A stretch of DNA of 64,000 nt from an uncultured virus (IMG/VR IMGVR_UViG_3300025168_000050). Lineage: Duplodnaviria > Heunggongvirae > Uroviricota > Caudoviricetes. Of the stretch, positions 39,159 through 47,224 are shown piece after piece (within the stretch, counting starts at the first letter, position 1; each line of letters opens with the position of its first letter). Both the position numbers and the translations under genes were made by a program. The stretch is taken from the IMG/VR virus record IMGVR_UViG_3300025168_000050. One strand, written 5' to 3'. The notes beneath the pieces were generated by a model. The model saw only the letters and a list, made by a program, of their open reading frames with translations. It was not told where the DNA came from and did not search any database.

Positions 39159-41015
39159 TTATTTACTCCATTCTTTAGTTATTGTATAATCTACACCCAT
39201 TGGGAAATCAGGTATAATGGCTTCACCTGCTTCTCTCATTAGTTTACATTGTATACTTGCCCATTCTTCTGCTACATCATCACGCACTTCCACACCTATT
39301 TCATCGTGGACTTGTGTAACCATATATGCAGGAAAATTATGATTTTCTATATAGTCTCTTATCTTGACCATAGAGAGCTTAATCATATCAGCTCCTGTAC
39401 CTTGTATTGGTGTATTTTTACTTGCACGCTCAATAGCACCGAGTTCCTTAAAATCTTTCTTAGGACTCATACCATTGTGCCAGTTCTCGAACCATCTAAT
39501 CCTTCTATAAGGTTTAAATGTTCTAATAAATCCATGCTGCTTACCATAATTACCCAGAGTATTTAGAAAGCCTCCAATTTTAGGAAACTCTGTAAAGTAC
39601 TGATTAATTAAAGCTTCTGCATCATCGACTGGTATTTGTAGAGTGTCAGATAATTTGAATTTACTCATACCATAAGCAAGACCAAAGTTAATAGTCTTGA
39701 TTGCAGTTCTAAGTTTCTTCTTTTCATCCGCGTCAGCTTCACGCCACTTCTCTTTAAATACCATATCAGCACATATACTGTGAAGATCTGCTTCTTCTTC
39801 ACGTGCTTTCATCCATACAGGATCTTTAGACCCTGAAGCTATAATTCCTAACTCTTGACCTGAATAATCTACGGAAACTAATGAATATCCATCTCTTGCT
39901 TTGAAGCAATTTCTGAATTTATTATCCGCAGGTATATTCTGCATGTTAGGCTTATTATCTGATTTCATACCACTTGATACACGACCAGTGTTTAGTATTT
40001 GCCAAAAGCTAGTTCTAACTTTACCATCTTTCATTACATATTTAAGAAAAGATTTACCATAGGTTGAAACAACCTTTTGTTTTTCTTTATAATGTAAGTA
40101 TTTGGTAACGAATGCTTTACTCTTATGGCGTGATAGTTCAAAAGCATTAACTTTATCTATATCCAAACCATATTCTTTAAATACTTGTAACACCTGTGTA
40201 GGACTTGACCACTTAATGTCTATTTTACGAATTTCTTCAGGTTCAATAAACATATCAGTTTGAAATGATTTCTTTATAAACCTGTTGAGGTTTAATGCAT
40301 AGATCATTTCATCAAGATCACTCTCTAGAACTTTTACGATCTCTTCAGTGTCATCAGCTATTGCTAGCCACGACTCTGAATCAAAACATAATCCGTTATA
40401 TTCTATATCAGCAAAAGCTAAAGCCGCATTGTTCTCCAAGTGCAGAACCTTCTCAAGGTCTAATTCTTTAACTTTTACTAATTGTAGTATTCTTATGTCT
40501 AATAAATGTTCAACGTCTTCAGCACCGTACAGTATCTGTTCAGTGTTAAAGGGGTTACCATCTAGTCCAACAAACTTGTTACGAACCTCTTTGTTCAATT
40601 CTTTACCTAAGTATCTCTGTGTCAGTGCATTAAGTGAGTAACCTACTTTAAGTTTACCACAGTTAATTACACCTTCAGCTAACATAGTGTCATATGGATT
40701 TTTAATATCCACACCCCACTGAGCTTTTAGAAACTTATAATCAAATTTAATGTTGTGAAATATCTTCACAATATTAGGATTTTCCAGAATTGGAATAAGA
40801 GGTTCAATACCAATGTATCTTGTATCAATGACATACTGAACGTCCTTAGTACCGATCTGAAACATCACTACCTTTTTAGAGGTAAAGCATTTGCCAGATG
40901 TCTCAGTATCGACGCCAAGTACAGTTTGTTCAGATAAATAAGTTACAGCTTCATCTATACTCACACATTCAAAGACAGGGTCTATGTCTTGGTGTGCACA
41001 AATTAGCTTTATCAT
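39159..41015 (-). CDS. polA: Family A DNA polymerase with 3'-5' exonuclease
   Basis: Exo 'DTETS', 'HNIKFD', 'YGAED'. Pol 'TGRVSS..PNMQNIP', 'DYSGQE', 'KTINFGLAYG', 'NTPIQGTGAD', 'VHDE'. Confidence 0.95.
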   Translation of the reverse strand: MIKLICAHQDIDPVFECVSIDEAVTYLSEQTVLGVDTETSGKCFTSKKVVMFQIGTKDVQYVIDTRYIGIEPLIPILENPNIVKIFHNIKFDYKFLKAQWGVDIKNPYDTMLAEGVINCGKLKVGYSLNALTQRYLGKELNKEVRNKFVGLDGNPFNTEQILYGAEDVEHLLDIRILQLVKVKELDLEKVLHLENNAALAFADIEYNGLCFDSESWLAIADDTEEIVKVLESDLDEMIYALNLNRFIKKSFQTDMFIEPEEIRKIDIKWSSPTQVLQVFKEYGLDIDKVNAFELSRHKSKAFVTKYLHYKEKQKVVSTYGKSFLKYVMKDGKVRTSFWQILNTGRVSSGMKSDNKPNMQNIPADNKFRNCFKARDGYSLVSVDYSGQELGIIASGSKDPVWMKAREEEADLHSICADMVFKEKWREADADEKKKLRTAIKTINFGLAYGMSKFKLSDTLQIPVDDAEALINQYFTEFPKIGGFLNTLGNYGKQHGFIRTFKPYRRIRWFENWHNGMSPKKDFKELGAIERASKNTPIQGTGADMIKLSMVKIRDYIENHNFPAYMVTQVHDEIGVEVRDDVAEEWASIQCKLMREAGEAIIPDFPMGVDYTITKEWSK

Positions 41016-41016
41016 A

Positions 41017-41277
41017 TCATTTTTCTTCTTTTTGTTGTTCTTTTACTAAATTAATTGTATCTTCAAAACTAGGAGGATTTCCTAATCCATCTTCATCCAG
41101 TAGTTCAGGGCCTACTATATTAGTTTCCCACACCTTAACTACAGCGTTTATATAATCGACAGTATACTCCTGATTTGCAAAGTCTATCTTTTGCTTGTCA
41201 GAAGCGAATTTCAATTTTAATTTCATCACTTGAATGTCGTCAGCAGTCAAGGTTGAAATCCAGTTCATGTGTCCCAT
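41017..41277 (-). CDS. Hypothetical protein
   Basis: 86-aa ORF tightly packed upstream of polA. Confidence 0.55.
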   Translation of the reverse strand: MGHMNWISTLTADDIQVMKLKLKFASDKQKIDFANQEYTVDYINAVVKVWETNIVGPELLDEDGLGNPPSFEDTINLVKEQQKEEK

Positions 41278-41357
41278 TATTCTTCATTTCCAAAAAGCAC
41301 TGCCCATATAAGACAACATAGTCCTAATGTCAGCGCTATTACTATTATTTGTAACAT
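41277..41357 (-). CDS. Single-TM micropeptide (26 aa; not in ORF track)
   Basis: MLQIIVIALTLGLCCLIWAVLFGNEE. Its TAA overlaps the next ATG (TAATG coupling). Confidence 0.5.
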   Translation of the reverse strand: MLQIIVIALTLGLCCLIWAVLFGNEE

Positions 41358-41406
41358 AAAATCATTTTATTTAATTAATAACTATGCCTGTAGTCTGATT
41401 CTTATG

Positions 41407-43260
41407 TTATACTATTTCACAGGACCCGCCTGCGCATGCTATTTCTTGGCTTCTTGTTGTATTATCATCTTTTTCTGTGATCTTACGTAAGTCAATAGCT
41501 TTCAATGAGTTAATCATTGCATAGTATTTAGATTTCGATATGTTTTCGAATGGTGCTTGTGTGTAGGAACCTCCATCATATGGTAATATACTTAAACCAT
41601 TGAATGTATCCCTGTTGGTCCACATCCATTCACCTACCTCTTTCCATTCATTTTCTTTAATGGATACAGTAGCTGATACATTGTTAGTATTATCACCTGA
41701 TCGATGTCCTTGTCTTACCCAGTCAAGATTAAATAGTTTAATCCTTTCTAGTAATTCAAGGGCTGTCTCTTTATGTCGTAAAATGGAATTAGCAGGAGCT
41801 TTTTGAGGGATCTCAATCACTGCAGAGTTTGGTATTAGTTTCATATCAGCAACTAGCTCAGGATGAGCTTCGGCCAAATACTTATATAATGACTCATCCT
41901 TCGTACATTGCATACGTCTAATATAATAGTCGTTATGCCATGCATGAATTCCTGATGATGTCCCTAATACACAGCTCGTAGTACCTGAAGGTTTGATAGT
42001 AGTTACTCTCGATGCTTTATTAACTCCTAATAATTTTGCATAGTTTTCATTGGCATCCATTGCAACTTTCGCCGCCTGGTTCAAATCATACTTCAAAATC
42101 GTACCACTTCCTATTCCTGTCATCCCAACACCAATTAAGGCGTCGTTCTCAGTTGTTGTTCTCCATATTGGTCTAAGATAGTGAAAATCGGTAAAACTAG
42201 CCTGTAAAGTACCTAGTAGTGTTGCTAATTTTACACGTTGATCAAGATCTTTTTGTGACTCAATATTTGAAACATTAACCTCGGTTAGATTACAAAATTG
42301 AAATGGTTTTAGAGCAATTTCACAGCAAGGGTTTGTACCATAGTCACTATTGTTAGTGAAATACATACCTGGTTCACCTGCGTTAGATTCTTTAACTTTT
42401 TTCCAAAACTTATTGAATTCAACTTTAGTGATGCGGTGTCTACGAATTACTGCACTGTTGTTAGCCCGTCCTCTTTGAGGATTTAGCTCCCACCAATTTC
42501 CATATTTACTTGTAAGCATTTCTTCATCATCCATACTGAATAATGAAATCAATGCTGCTCTCCTAATACCTCCTGCAAGCACAGCGTCAGCGATATAACA
42601 CACCATATCGTGCACCTCCAGGGGAGTAAGAGATGTTCCTGTCTCTTTTCTGTTTAATAATGTTTCTAAATGAAATAAGCACACCTTAAGTGGCTCAGGA
42701 CCGGGAGCTTTACCCCCAGCTGTTACTAATCGGGACCCTTTCGGGCGAATGTCAGAGAAGTCAAAAACTGGCTTCGTCTTCCTTATCCCCAGATAGCTTC
42801 CGATTAGATGTCTTACAGAATCAGCCCAACCTTCTATTGAATCTCCAATTACATATTTTTGGGTTTTCATAGGTTTAACTATTTCTGGTAAATTTCTTAC
42901 ATGTTTGAATTGTACAGAGTATCCAACACCTGTTCCTCCTAGTAAAAGGAACATGATCTCAGAGAATGCTCTATAATCATCTATTGGTAAATACGCACAG
43001 TTATAAATCCTTGATTCTGACTTAGTTATAGCAACTCCCGCGAATTGCATAGCCCTCATCGAAGGTAATAATTTTTTCTGTTTTACCGCTTTCATGGCTT
43101 GTTTTATATCCTTTTCCATGTGAGGATGTTTAGTAGTCATCATGTCTCCATAACGATCACATATTTCATTAAATGTTTCTCTTCTACCTAATGATGGTAG
43201 GAACTTGGCGTATTTATTAAAGACGACGATGTCGCTCAATATCTGGTTAGATACTTCCAT
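41407..43260 (-). CDS. nrdJ: Class II (B12-dependent) ribonucleotide reductase
   Basis: 'YNCAY', 'GGTGVGYS', 'RRAALIS', 'TNPCCEI', 'CNLTE', 'TIKPSGT', and C-terminal 'CAGGSC'. No beta subunit nearby. Confidence 0.9.
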   Translation of the reverse strand: MEVSNQILSDIVVFNKYAKFLPSLGRRETFNEICDRYGDMMTTKHPHMEKDIKQAMKAVKQKKLLPSMRAMQFAGVAITKSESRIYNCAYLPIDDYRAFSEIMFLLLGGTGVGYSVQFKHVRNLPEIVKPMKTQKYVIGDSIEGWADSVRHLIGSYLGIRKTKPVFDFSDIRPKGSRLVTAGGKAPGPEPLKVCLFHLETLLNRKETGTSLTPLEVHDMVCYIADAVLAGGIRRAALISLFSMDDEEMLTSKYGNWWELNPQRGRANNSAVIRRHRITKVEFNKFWKKVKESNAGEPGMYFTNNSDYGTNPCCEIALKPFQFCNLTEVNVSNIESQKDLDQRVKLATLLGTLQASFTDFHYLRPIWRTTTENDALIGVGMTGIGSGTILKYDLNQAAKVAMDANENYAKLLGVNKASRVTTIKPSGTTSCVLGTSSGIHAWHNDYYIRRMQCTKDESLYKYLAEAHPELVADMKLIPNSAVIEIPQKAPANSILRHKETALELLERIKLFNLDWVRQGHRSGDNTNNVSATVSIKENEWKEVGEWMWTNRDTFNGLSILPYDGGSYTQAPFENISKSKYYAMINSLKAIDLRKITEKDDNTTRSQEIACAGGSCEIV

Positions 43261-43294
43261 TTTTATTCTTTTTTATATGTTATTAAATGTATTA

Positions 43295-43355
43295 TAGAGT
43301 AGCTAGGAGTCGAACCTAAAAACAGAATTCTGTTTCGAGTACCATGCATACTCTC
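43295..43355 (-). ncRNA. Truncated tRNA-like element in nrdJ leader
   Basis: Minus strand: AGAGTA...TACTCT acceptor-like stem, T-arm TAGG-TTCGACT-CCTA, central hairpin GAAACAG-AATT-CTGTTTT. No anticodon loop and no proper D-stem. Confidence 0.5.
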
Positions 43356-43435
43356 TTTTAAAGCACATTCCAACATTGCCTACTCTACAAATACATTGTA
43401 TTCTTAAGTAGTGTTGAGTTAATTTAAAAGGGTAG

Positions 43436-43443
43436 CAAAGATA
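43436..43443 (-). promoter_or_regulatory. TAnnTTTG -7 promoter element upstream of nrdJ operon
   Basis: TATCTTTG(C) on the minus strand, intergenic. Confidence 0.65.
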
Positions 43444-43450
43444 ACTATTT

Positions 43451-43654
43451 TTAGTTAACCTTACGCCCTCCTAAGTGTAATTTTATTCTTTTATTTACTT
43501 CTTTACGACGAAGTTTATACTCCTCATGTGTTTCTCCTTCTTTACGCGAAGGATCCATATCTATATCAAAGAATGCAGAGTCTACATTACCTGATAATGG
43601 TTCCGCAATGGGGACACCATAGCTTTTCCACTTGTTTTGTTTCTTTTTTGACAT
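43451..43654 (-). CDS. Small basic hypothetical protein
   Basis: 67 aa with 'RKEGETHEEYKLRRK'. Confidence 0.55.
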   Translation of the reverse strand: MSKKKQNKWKSYGVPIAEPLSGNVDSAFFDIDMDPSRKEGETHEEYKLRRKEVNKRIKLHLGGRKVN

Positions 43655-43799
43655 ATTTTCTTTTCTTTTTTAATGTTTTTTTACTGATCCACAATGATGG
43701 CGGTGGATAAACCTTTTCACGCCAGTCCGATTTTGGTGGAGTTACTATTTCACACTCTTTAGGTGAAATTTCGTCTATTATATGTTGATATTTACTCAT
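43587..43799 (-). CDS. Small basic hypothetical protein
   Basis: 70 aa. ATGA-coupled to the upstream gene, and overlaps the downstream ORF by 68 nt. Confidence 0.45.
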   Translation of the reverse strand: MSKYQHIIDEISPKECEIVTPPKSDWREKVYPPPSLWISKKTLKKKRKYVKKETKQVEKLWCPHCGTIIR

Positions 43800-44059
43800 G
43801 ATTCAAGGAATTTAGCTGTTTCTTTACGCTGTTCTTCCCTTATTTTATATAACTTGAGCTCTATCTCAATATTTCTTTTCTGTACTATTAATTTCTGTAT
43901 TTCAGTCTTATATTTGTGTACATTATCATCTAAATCAAGTAAATTCACTAGTAATTTATCATTCTGTTTACCTTTTACTTCAGTCATGATGATAAGACCT
44001 ACAAATATTCCGACTGCAAATGTCAGCAAATATAATAACATTTCGCTACTTACTTCCAT
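43796..44059 (-). CDS. Membrane-anchored coiled-coil protein
   Basis: N-terminal hydrophobic helix 'LLYLLTFAVGIFVGLIIM' followed by a heptad-like segment. Confidence 0.55.
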   Translation of the reverse strand: MEVSSEMLLYLLTFAVGIFVGLIIMTEVKGKQNDKLLVNLLDLDDNVHKYKTEIQKLIVQKRNIEIELKLYKIREEQRKETAKFLES

Positions 44060-44063
44060 AATT

Positions 44064-44273
44064 TTATTCTTTATTAATTAATACTTTATTATATTCAATA
44101 AATAATGAATCTCTTTGATAACTATACTCTAGGTATGCTTTATCTAATTCATAATTTATTTGTTCTTGTCTTGGTGTAATATTGTATGAACATGATGATA
44201 ATAGCACACAAACCACTATAAATAACACCACACGCAACCAACTTACATCACTTAATTTACTATTATCTTTCAT
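44064..44273 (-). CDS. Putative small lipoprotein
   Basis: Hydrophobic signal followed by lipobox 'LLSSC'. Confidence 0.55.
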   Translation of the reverse strand: MKDNSKLSDVSWLRVVLFIVVCVLLSSCSYNITPRQEQINYELDKAYLEYSYQRDSLFIEYNKVLINKE

Positions 44274-44624
44274 TTATTTATTATTTTAATTAAACATTTA
44301 TCTTATTATAGTATAAGTCTAGTAATAGCGTTAGAGAGTTCCGTGCGCCACATATAGATAACTACATGCTTTTGCCTTAGCTAACAATACTACTACTGAC
44401 TCATACAGATTCAACTACTAATTCTCACTGAGAAGTCAAATCAGATTTAACACACTACTCATTCACGCCAGCTCTATCAAAGTAATTTTATAGATGCGTA
44501 GAATGGACTTTGTTTAAAAATGATTTGTGACCAACTTTACACATACTGTGTGTTTCCACGGCGCTTAACCATTCCGGATTAATTAATGTAGACTTTGACT
44601 CGAGTTTTAGCAGTTAAAAATATT

Positions 44625-44689
44625 AAAAAGAAAGGCTTGGGTATTTTTACTCAGGAGCGACCTGAAACCAACTTTTTACTCCTTTCTTT
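44625..44689 (-). terminator. Branched stem-loop followed by U-tract
   Basis: AAAGAAAGG/CCTTTCTTT outer stem and TCAGG/CCTGA inner stem, directly after the stop of 44694..44930. Confidence 0.5.
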
Positions 44690-44693
44690 ATAT

Positions 44694-44930
44694 TCAGTCA
44701 AATAAGAATCTTTTACCTTGATTATGGTAATATCTAGATTCTCTTGCTGCCATTGTACATGCGAATGACATTATTACTCCAAATATAATAGCAAATAGAT
44801 TTGTTAATCCATTACCAAGGTCAAATGGACCTAAAATGATTAATACTATAGATATTGGAAATGCTATCATACCGATGTATAATAGAGAGACACATACTGT
44901 GTCTGCGAAATGTTTTAAATTATTTTTCAT
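44694..44930 (-). CDS. Small two-TM membrane protein
   Basis: 78 aa with two hydrophobic stretches. Confidence 0.55.
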   Translation of the reverse strand: MKNNLKHFADTVCVSLLYIGMIAFPISIVLIILGPFDLGNGLTNLFAIIFGVIMSFACTMAARESRYYHNQGKRFLFD

Positions 44931-44954
44931 ACTTGATTATATGTTTTTATTGTT

Positions 44955-45000
44955 AAAAAAAAGGAAGAACAAGAGAGTGCATCACACACTCTCAAGTTCA
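44955..45000 (-). terminator. Intrinsic terminator
   Basis: GAGAGTG...CACTCTC hairpin followed by TTGTTCTTCCTTTTTTTT on the minus strand, after the 240-aa ORF. Confidence 0.6.
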
Positions 45001-45014
45001 TATTCCAGCCAGTT

Positions 45015-45737
45015 TTATGATAATGAAGGAAGAGCACTAATTATCTCTCCTGTTTCAGTATTTACAGTGACATCTGCGTCTGATTGATAAAGATTATCAG
45101 CAGAAACATATTCATCTATTTCAGTATGTGACCAACCATTTTCGTTAGTATACACACCATTTTCATCTCTTGTTGCAGCTTTCAATAATGTTCTACTGAA
45201 CACATGTTCTACTGCATTTGTTTCAGGGTTCATACCTTTGATAAATCTCCCTGTTGAACCTGCTTTTTTACCTGCTTTCTCAATGTTACTAAGTTCCCAA
45301 GCAGTAGCATTTGATTCAAATACCTCGTTGATACATACTCTGAAATACATTTGTAGTCCATTATGTTGTACACTTGGACTAAGCTCTCCAATGAAGATAC
45401 CAGGTCCAGCAGAACTAGAAGTTCTGATAGATAATTGTGCTATTGCGTTCTTATCTATTTGAGGGAAATATTGAGACACCTCAGCCTCTCCGAAGTTTAA
45501 CCAGTGTCTTCTACAACCACTTGATGGTGTAAATGCAGGGTTAGAAGCTTGAGCCATTTGTACAAAATTTGTACCTGACGCTCTTGTTACTTTCGTATCA
45601 GTTAGTTTGTGTCCAAACTCTACTTGAAATGTTTTAGCACCTGTCTTCTTGTCGTTGTTAATACGAGTTAAAGTGATAGCTGCACATTCATTATCAGGCA
45701 TACTTGCTACGAATTGATTTACTCTATTTTGATCCAT
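45015..45737 (-). CDS. Hypothetical (probably early) protein
   Basis: 240-aa ORF with highly-expressed-type codon bias. No recognised motif. Confidence 0.7.
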   Translation of the reverse strand: MDQNRVNQFVASMPDNECAAITLTRINNDKKTGAKTFQVEFGHKLTDTKVTRASGTNFVQMAQASNPAFTPSSGCRRHWLNFGEAEVSQYFPQIDKNAIAQLSIRTSSSAGPGIFIGELSPSVQHNGLQMYFRVCINEVFESNATAWELSNIEKAGKKAGSTGRFIKGMNPETNAVEHVFSRTLLKAATRDENGVYTNENGWSHTEIDEYVSADNLYQSDADVTVNTETGEIISALPSLS

Positions 45738-46230
45738 TGTTTCTTTTGTACGGTTTACACATTGTACTCTTCGGTTTTTGGTGTTATCACAACTTTAGCT
45801 ATATATATAGTAATATACTGTAATAACAATGATTAAAATGTTAGTTAAAATGGTAGGTGTATGAGTATACAGTGTCTAAGAGTATACTTATTTTCGTTAA
45901 ATCGTTAAGTTCTTTCAGTGTTGAGTTTGTTTACTACACGAATAGGAATATAATTCGTAGTACAGATAGACGAATGATACACATACATACCACTCTTTAG
46001 TAAAGGTCATAGATTTAAATAAAAAAATAAAGACAGTAAACTCTTACATTTACTCAGAGGTCGTAATACTGTCCTTATTGTGTTTTACACACACACTCAA
46101 CACTAGGTTTTTATAAAAGAATAGTCCATCTTACGAGTTCTTATGGGTTACGGACTTACTCCGGATTACTGAACTATTCTTTATGATTAAACTAGCTTAC
46201 CAAGATTAAGTAAAGGTCTTGGATCTAAAT

Positions 46231-46290
46231 AAAAAAAAGAAACCACTCATCCAAATTTAGCCGTAGTTGCTTAGTCAAGGGATGAGTGGT
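46231..46290 (-). terminator. Intrinsic terminator-like stem-loop
   Basis: Perfect 11-bp inverted repeat ACCACTCATCC(46242-46252)/GGATGAGTGGT(46280-46290), followed by TTCTTTTTTTT on the minus strand. Confidence 0.6.
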
Positions 46291-46357
46291 GTATCATACT
46301 GATTAAAGAAGTGTATGATGACTTCTGAACTCTATCTGGCTGGATAGTTAGTTCCCA

Positions 46358-46645
46358 CTACTTCTTCGTAGAAACGTTCCTGAATACGTAGCCTATTCGG
46401 CTAATCATATCCTGAACTTGTTGCATTCTCTCTGGAGTATAGTTAATCATCCATGACTGCGTGTCATCGATAATCTCCCCTGTCTCAAGGTTGAATGCTA
46501 CATTCTTCTCCTGACGACAGAAGAATATCGGCTGGTTGTCTCTCTTACGTGTGTAAGGGCCATCGCAACTGATATACTCTATCCTCTTAACTGTAGAGTC
46601 TACAGTAGGAGCTGAAGTAGTGATAGGTTGAATTGTATCTACCAT
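46358..46645 (-). CDS. Hypothetical protein, first gene of minus-strand block (probable start 46645, 95 aa)
   Basis: The ORF track gives 46744, but that extension crosses G6 tracts and the 22-bp motif. The in-frame ATG at 46645 lies 10 nt downstream of the motif. Confidence 0.55.
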   Translation of the reverse strand: MVDTIQPITTSAPTVDSTVKRIEYISCDGPYTRKRDNQPIFFCRQEKNVAFNLETGEIIDDTQSWMINYTPERMQQVQDMISRIGYVFRNVSTKK

Positions 46646-46796
46646 ATCTATCTTCAGAAAAGGTGATAGATCTAAATCAATTTCGACGTGGGGGGATTCA
46701 ATCTTCTTTGTTGACCGGGGGGAGTTTTCAATAATGGTCTGCATCTCTAAATACCTCTTAAATAATATTTTTTATAAAAAATTATATTTTATATAT

Positions 46797-46814
46797 TATT
46801 TTTGTATATCTTTG
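46797..46814 (+). promoter_or_regulatory. Tandem TAnnTTTG -7 elements driving plus-strand block
   Basis: TATTTTTG (46797-46804) and TATCTTTG (46807-46814) upstream of ATG 46865. Confidence 0.65.
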
Positions 46815-46864
46815 CATCTGAATTAAGAGGTATAGTGTTATAACTATAGCTAAAATATAAATGA

Positions 46865-47224
46865 ATGGCACATGAAGATAAAAAAATAGAAGAAGCAATA
46901 CCGCATGCATGTAATAACTTTTCGGTATCATCTTCTGTAGTGGATAGAACCATAGCAAAGGAATATGTAGATAAACACGGTTTAACAATACACTACCATA
47001 AAGAATTAAGAGACGGAACTCCAAGAAGAGTATGGGATATACATGACCCTTCTGGGCATATGGCTGGTAGATTATATACAGCAGTTGCAGGATATGGTCT
47101 TAAAAATAGAGAACCGTGGAAAGATGAATTTGATTTCGCGGAATTTTTTGTAAACAGAGATAGGTGGGATGATAAGGAGCTTATAGCACCAGATACTAAA
47201 CACTTCAATAATATCGCGGGTTAG
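46865..47224 (+). CDS. Hypothetical protein
   Basis: 119-aa ORF whose last 10 nt overlap the tRNA 5' end. Confidence 0.6.
   Translation: MAHEDKKIEEAIPHACNNFSVSSSVVDRTIAKEYVDKHGLTIHYHKELRDGTPRRVWDIHDPSGHMAGRLYTAVAGYGLKNREPWKDEFDFAEFFVNRDRWDDKELIAPDTKHFNNIAG

Larger units (their letters stand above)
45999..46677 (-). repeat. Three copies of a 22-bp motif (45999-46020, 46209-46230, 46656-46677); candidate phage early promoter
   Basis: Plus-strand copies: AGTAAAGGTCATAGATTTAAAT, AGTAAAGGTCTTGGATCTAAAT, AGAAAAGGTGATAGATCTAAAT. Confidence 0.75.

Noticed and set aside
43587..43654. CPHCG Zn-ribbon at the end of ORF 43587..43799
   Set aside because: Only one Cys pair is present and it lies in a 68-nt overlap with the next gene, so it may be incidental.
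44274..46357. Hammerhead or other self-cleaving ribozyme, or group I intron
   Set aside because: No CUGANGA/GAAA core or intron P7 elements were recognised by eye. An Infernal search is needed to exclude them fully.
45999..46677. CRISPR mini-array interpretation of the 22-bp repeats
   Set aside because: Spacing is 210 and 447 nt, the copies are degenerate, and no cas genes are present.
46646..46744. 5' extension of ORF 46358..46744
   Set aside because: It runs through the G6 tracts and the 22-bp motif. ATG 46645 is more plausible, though not proven.
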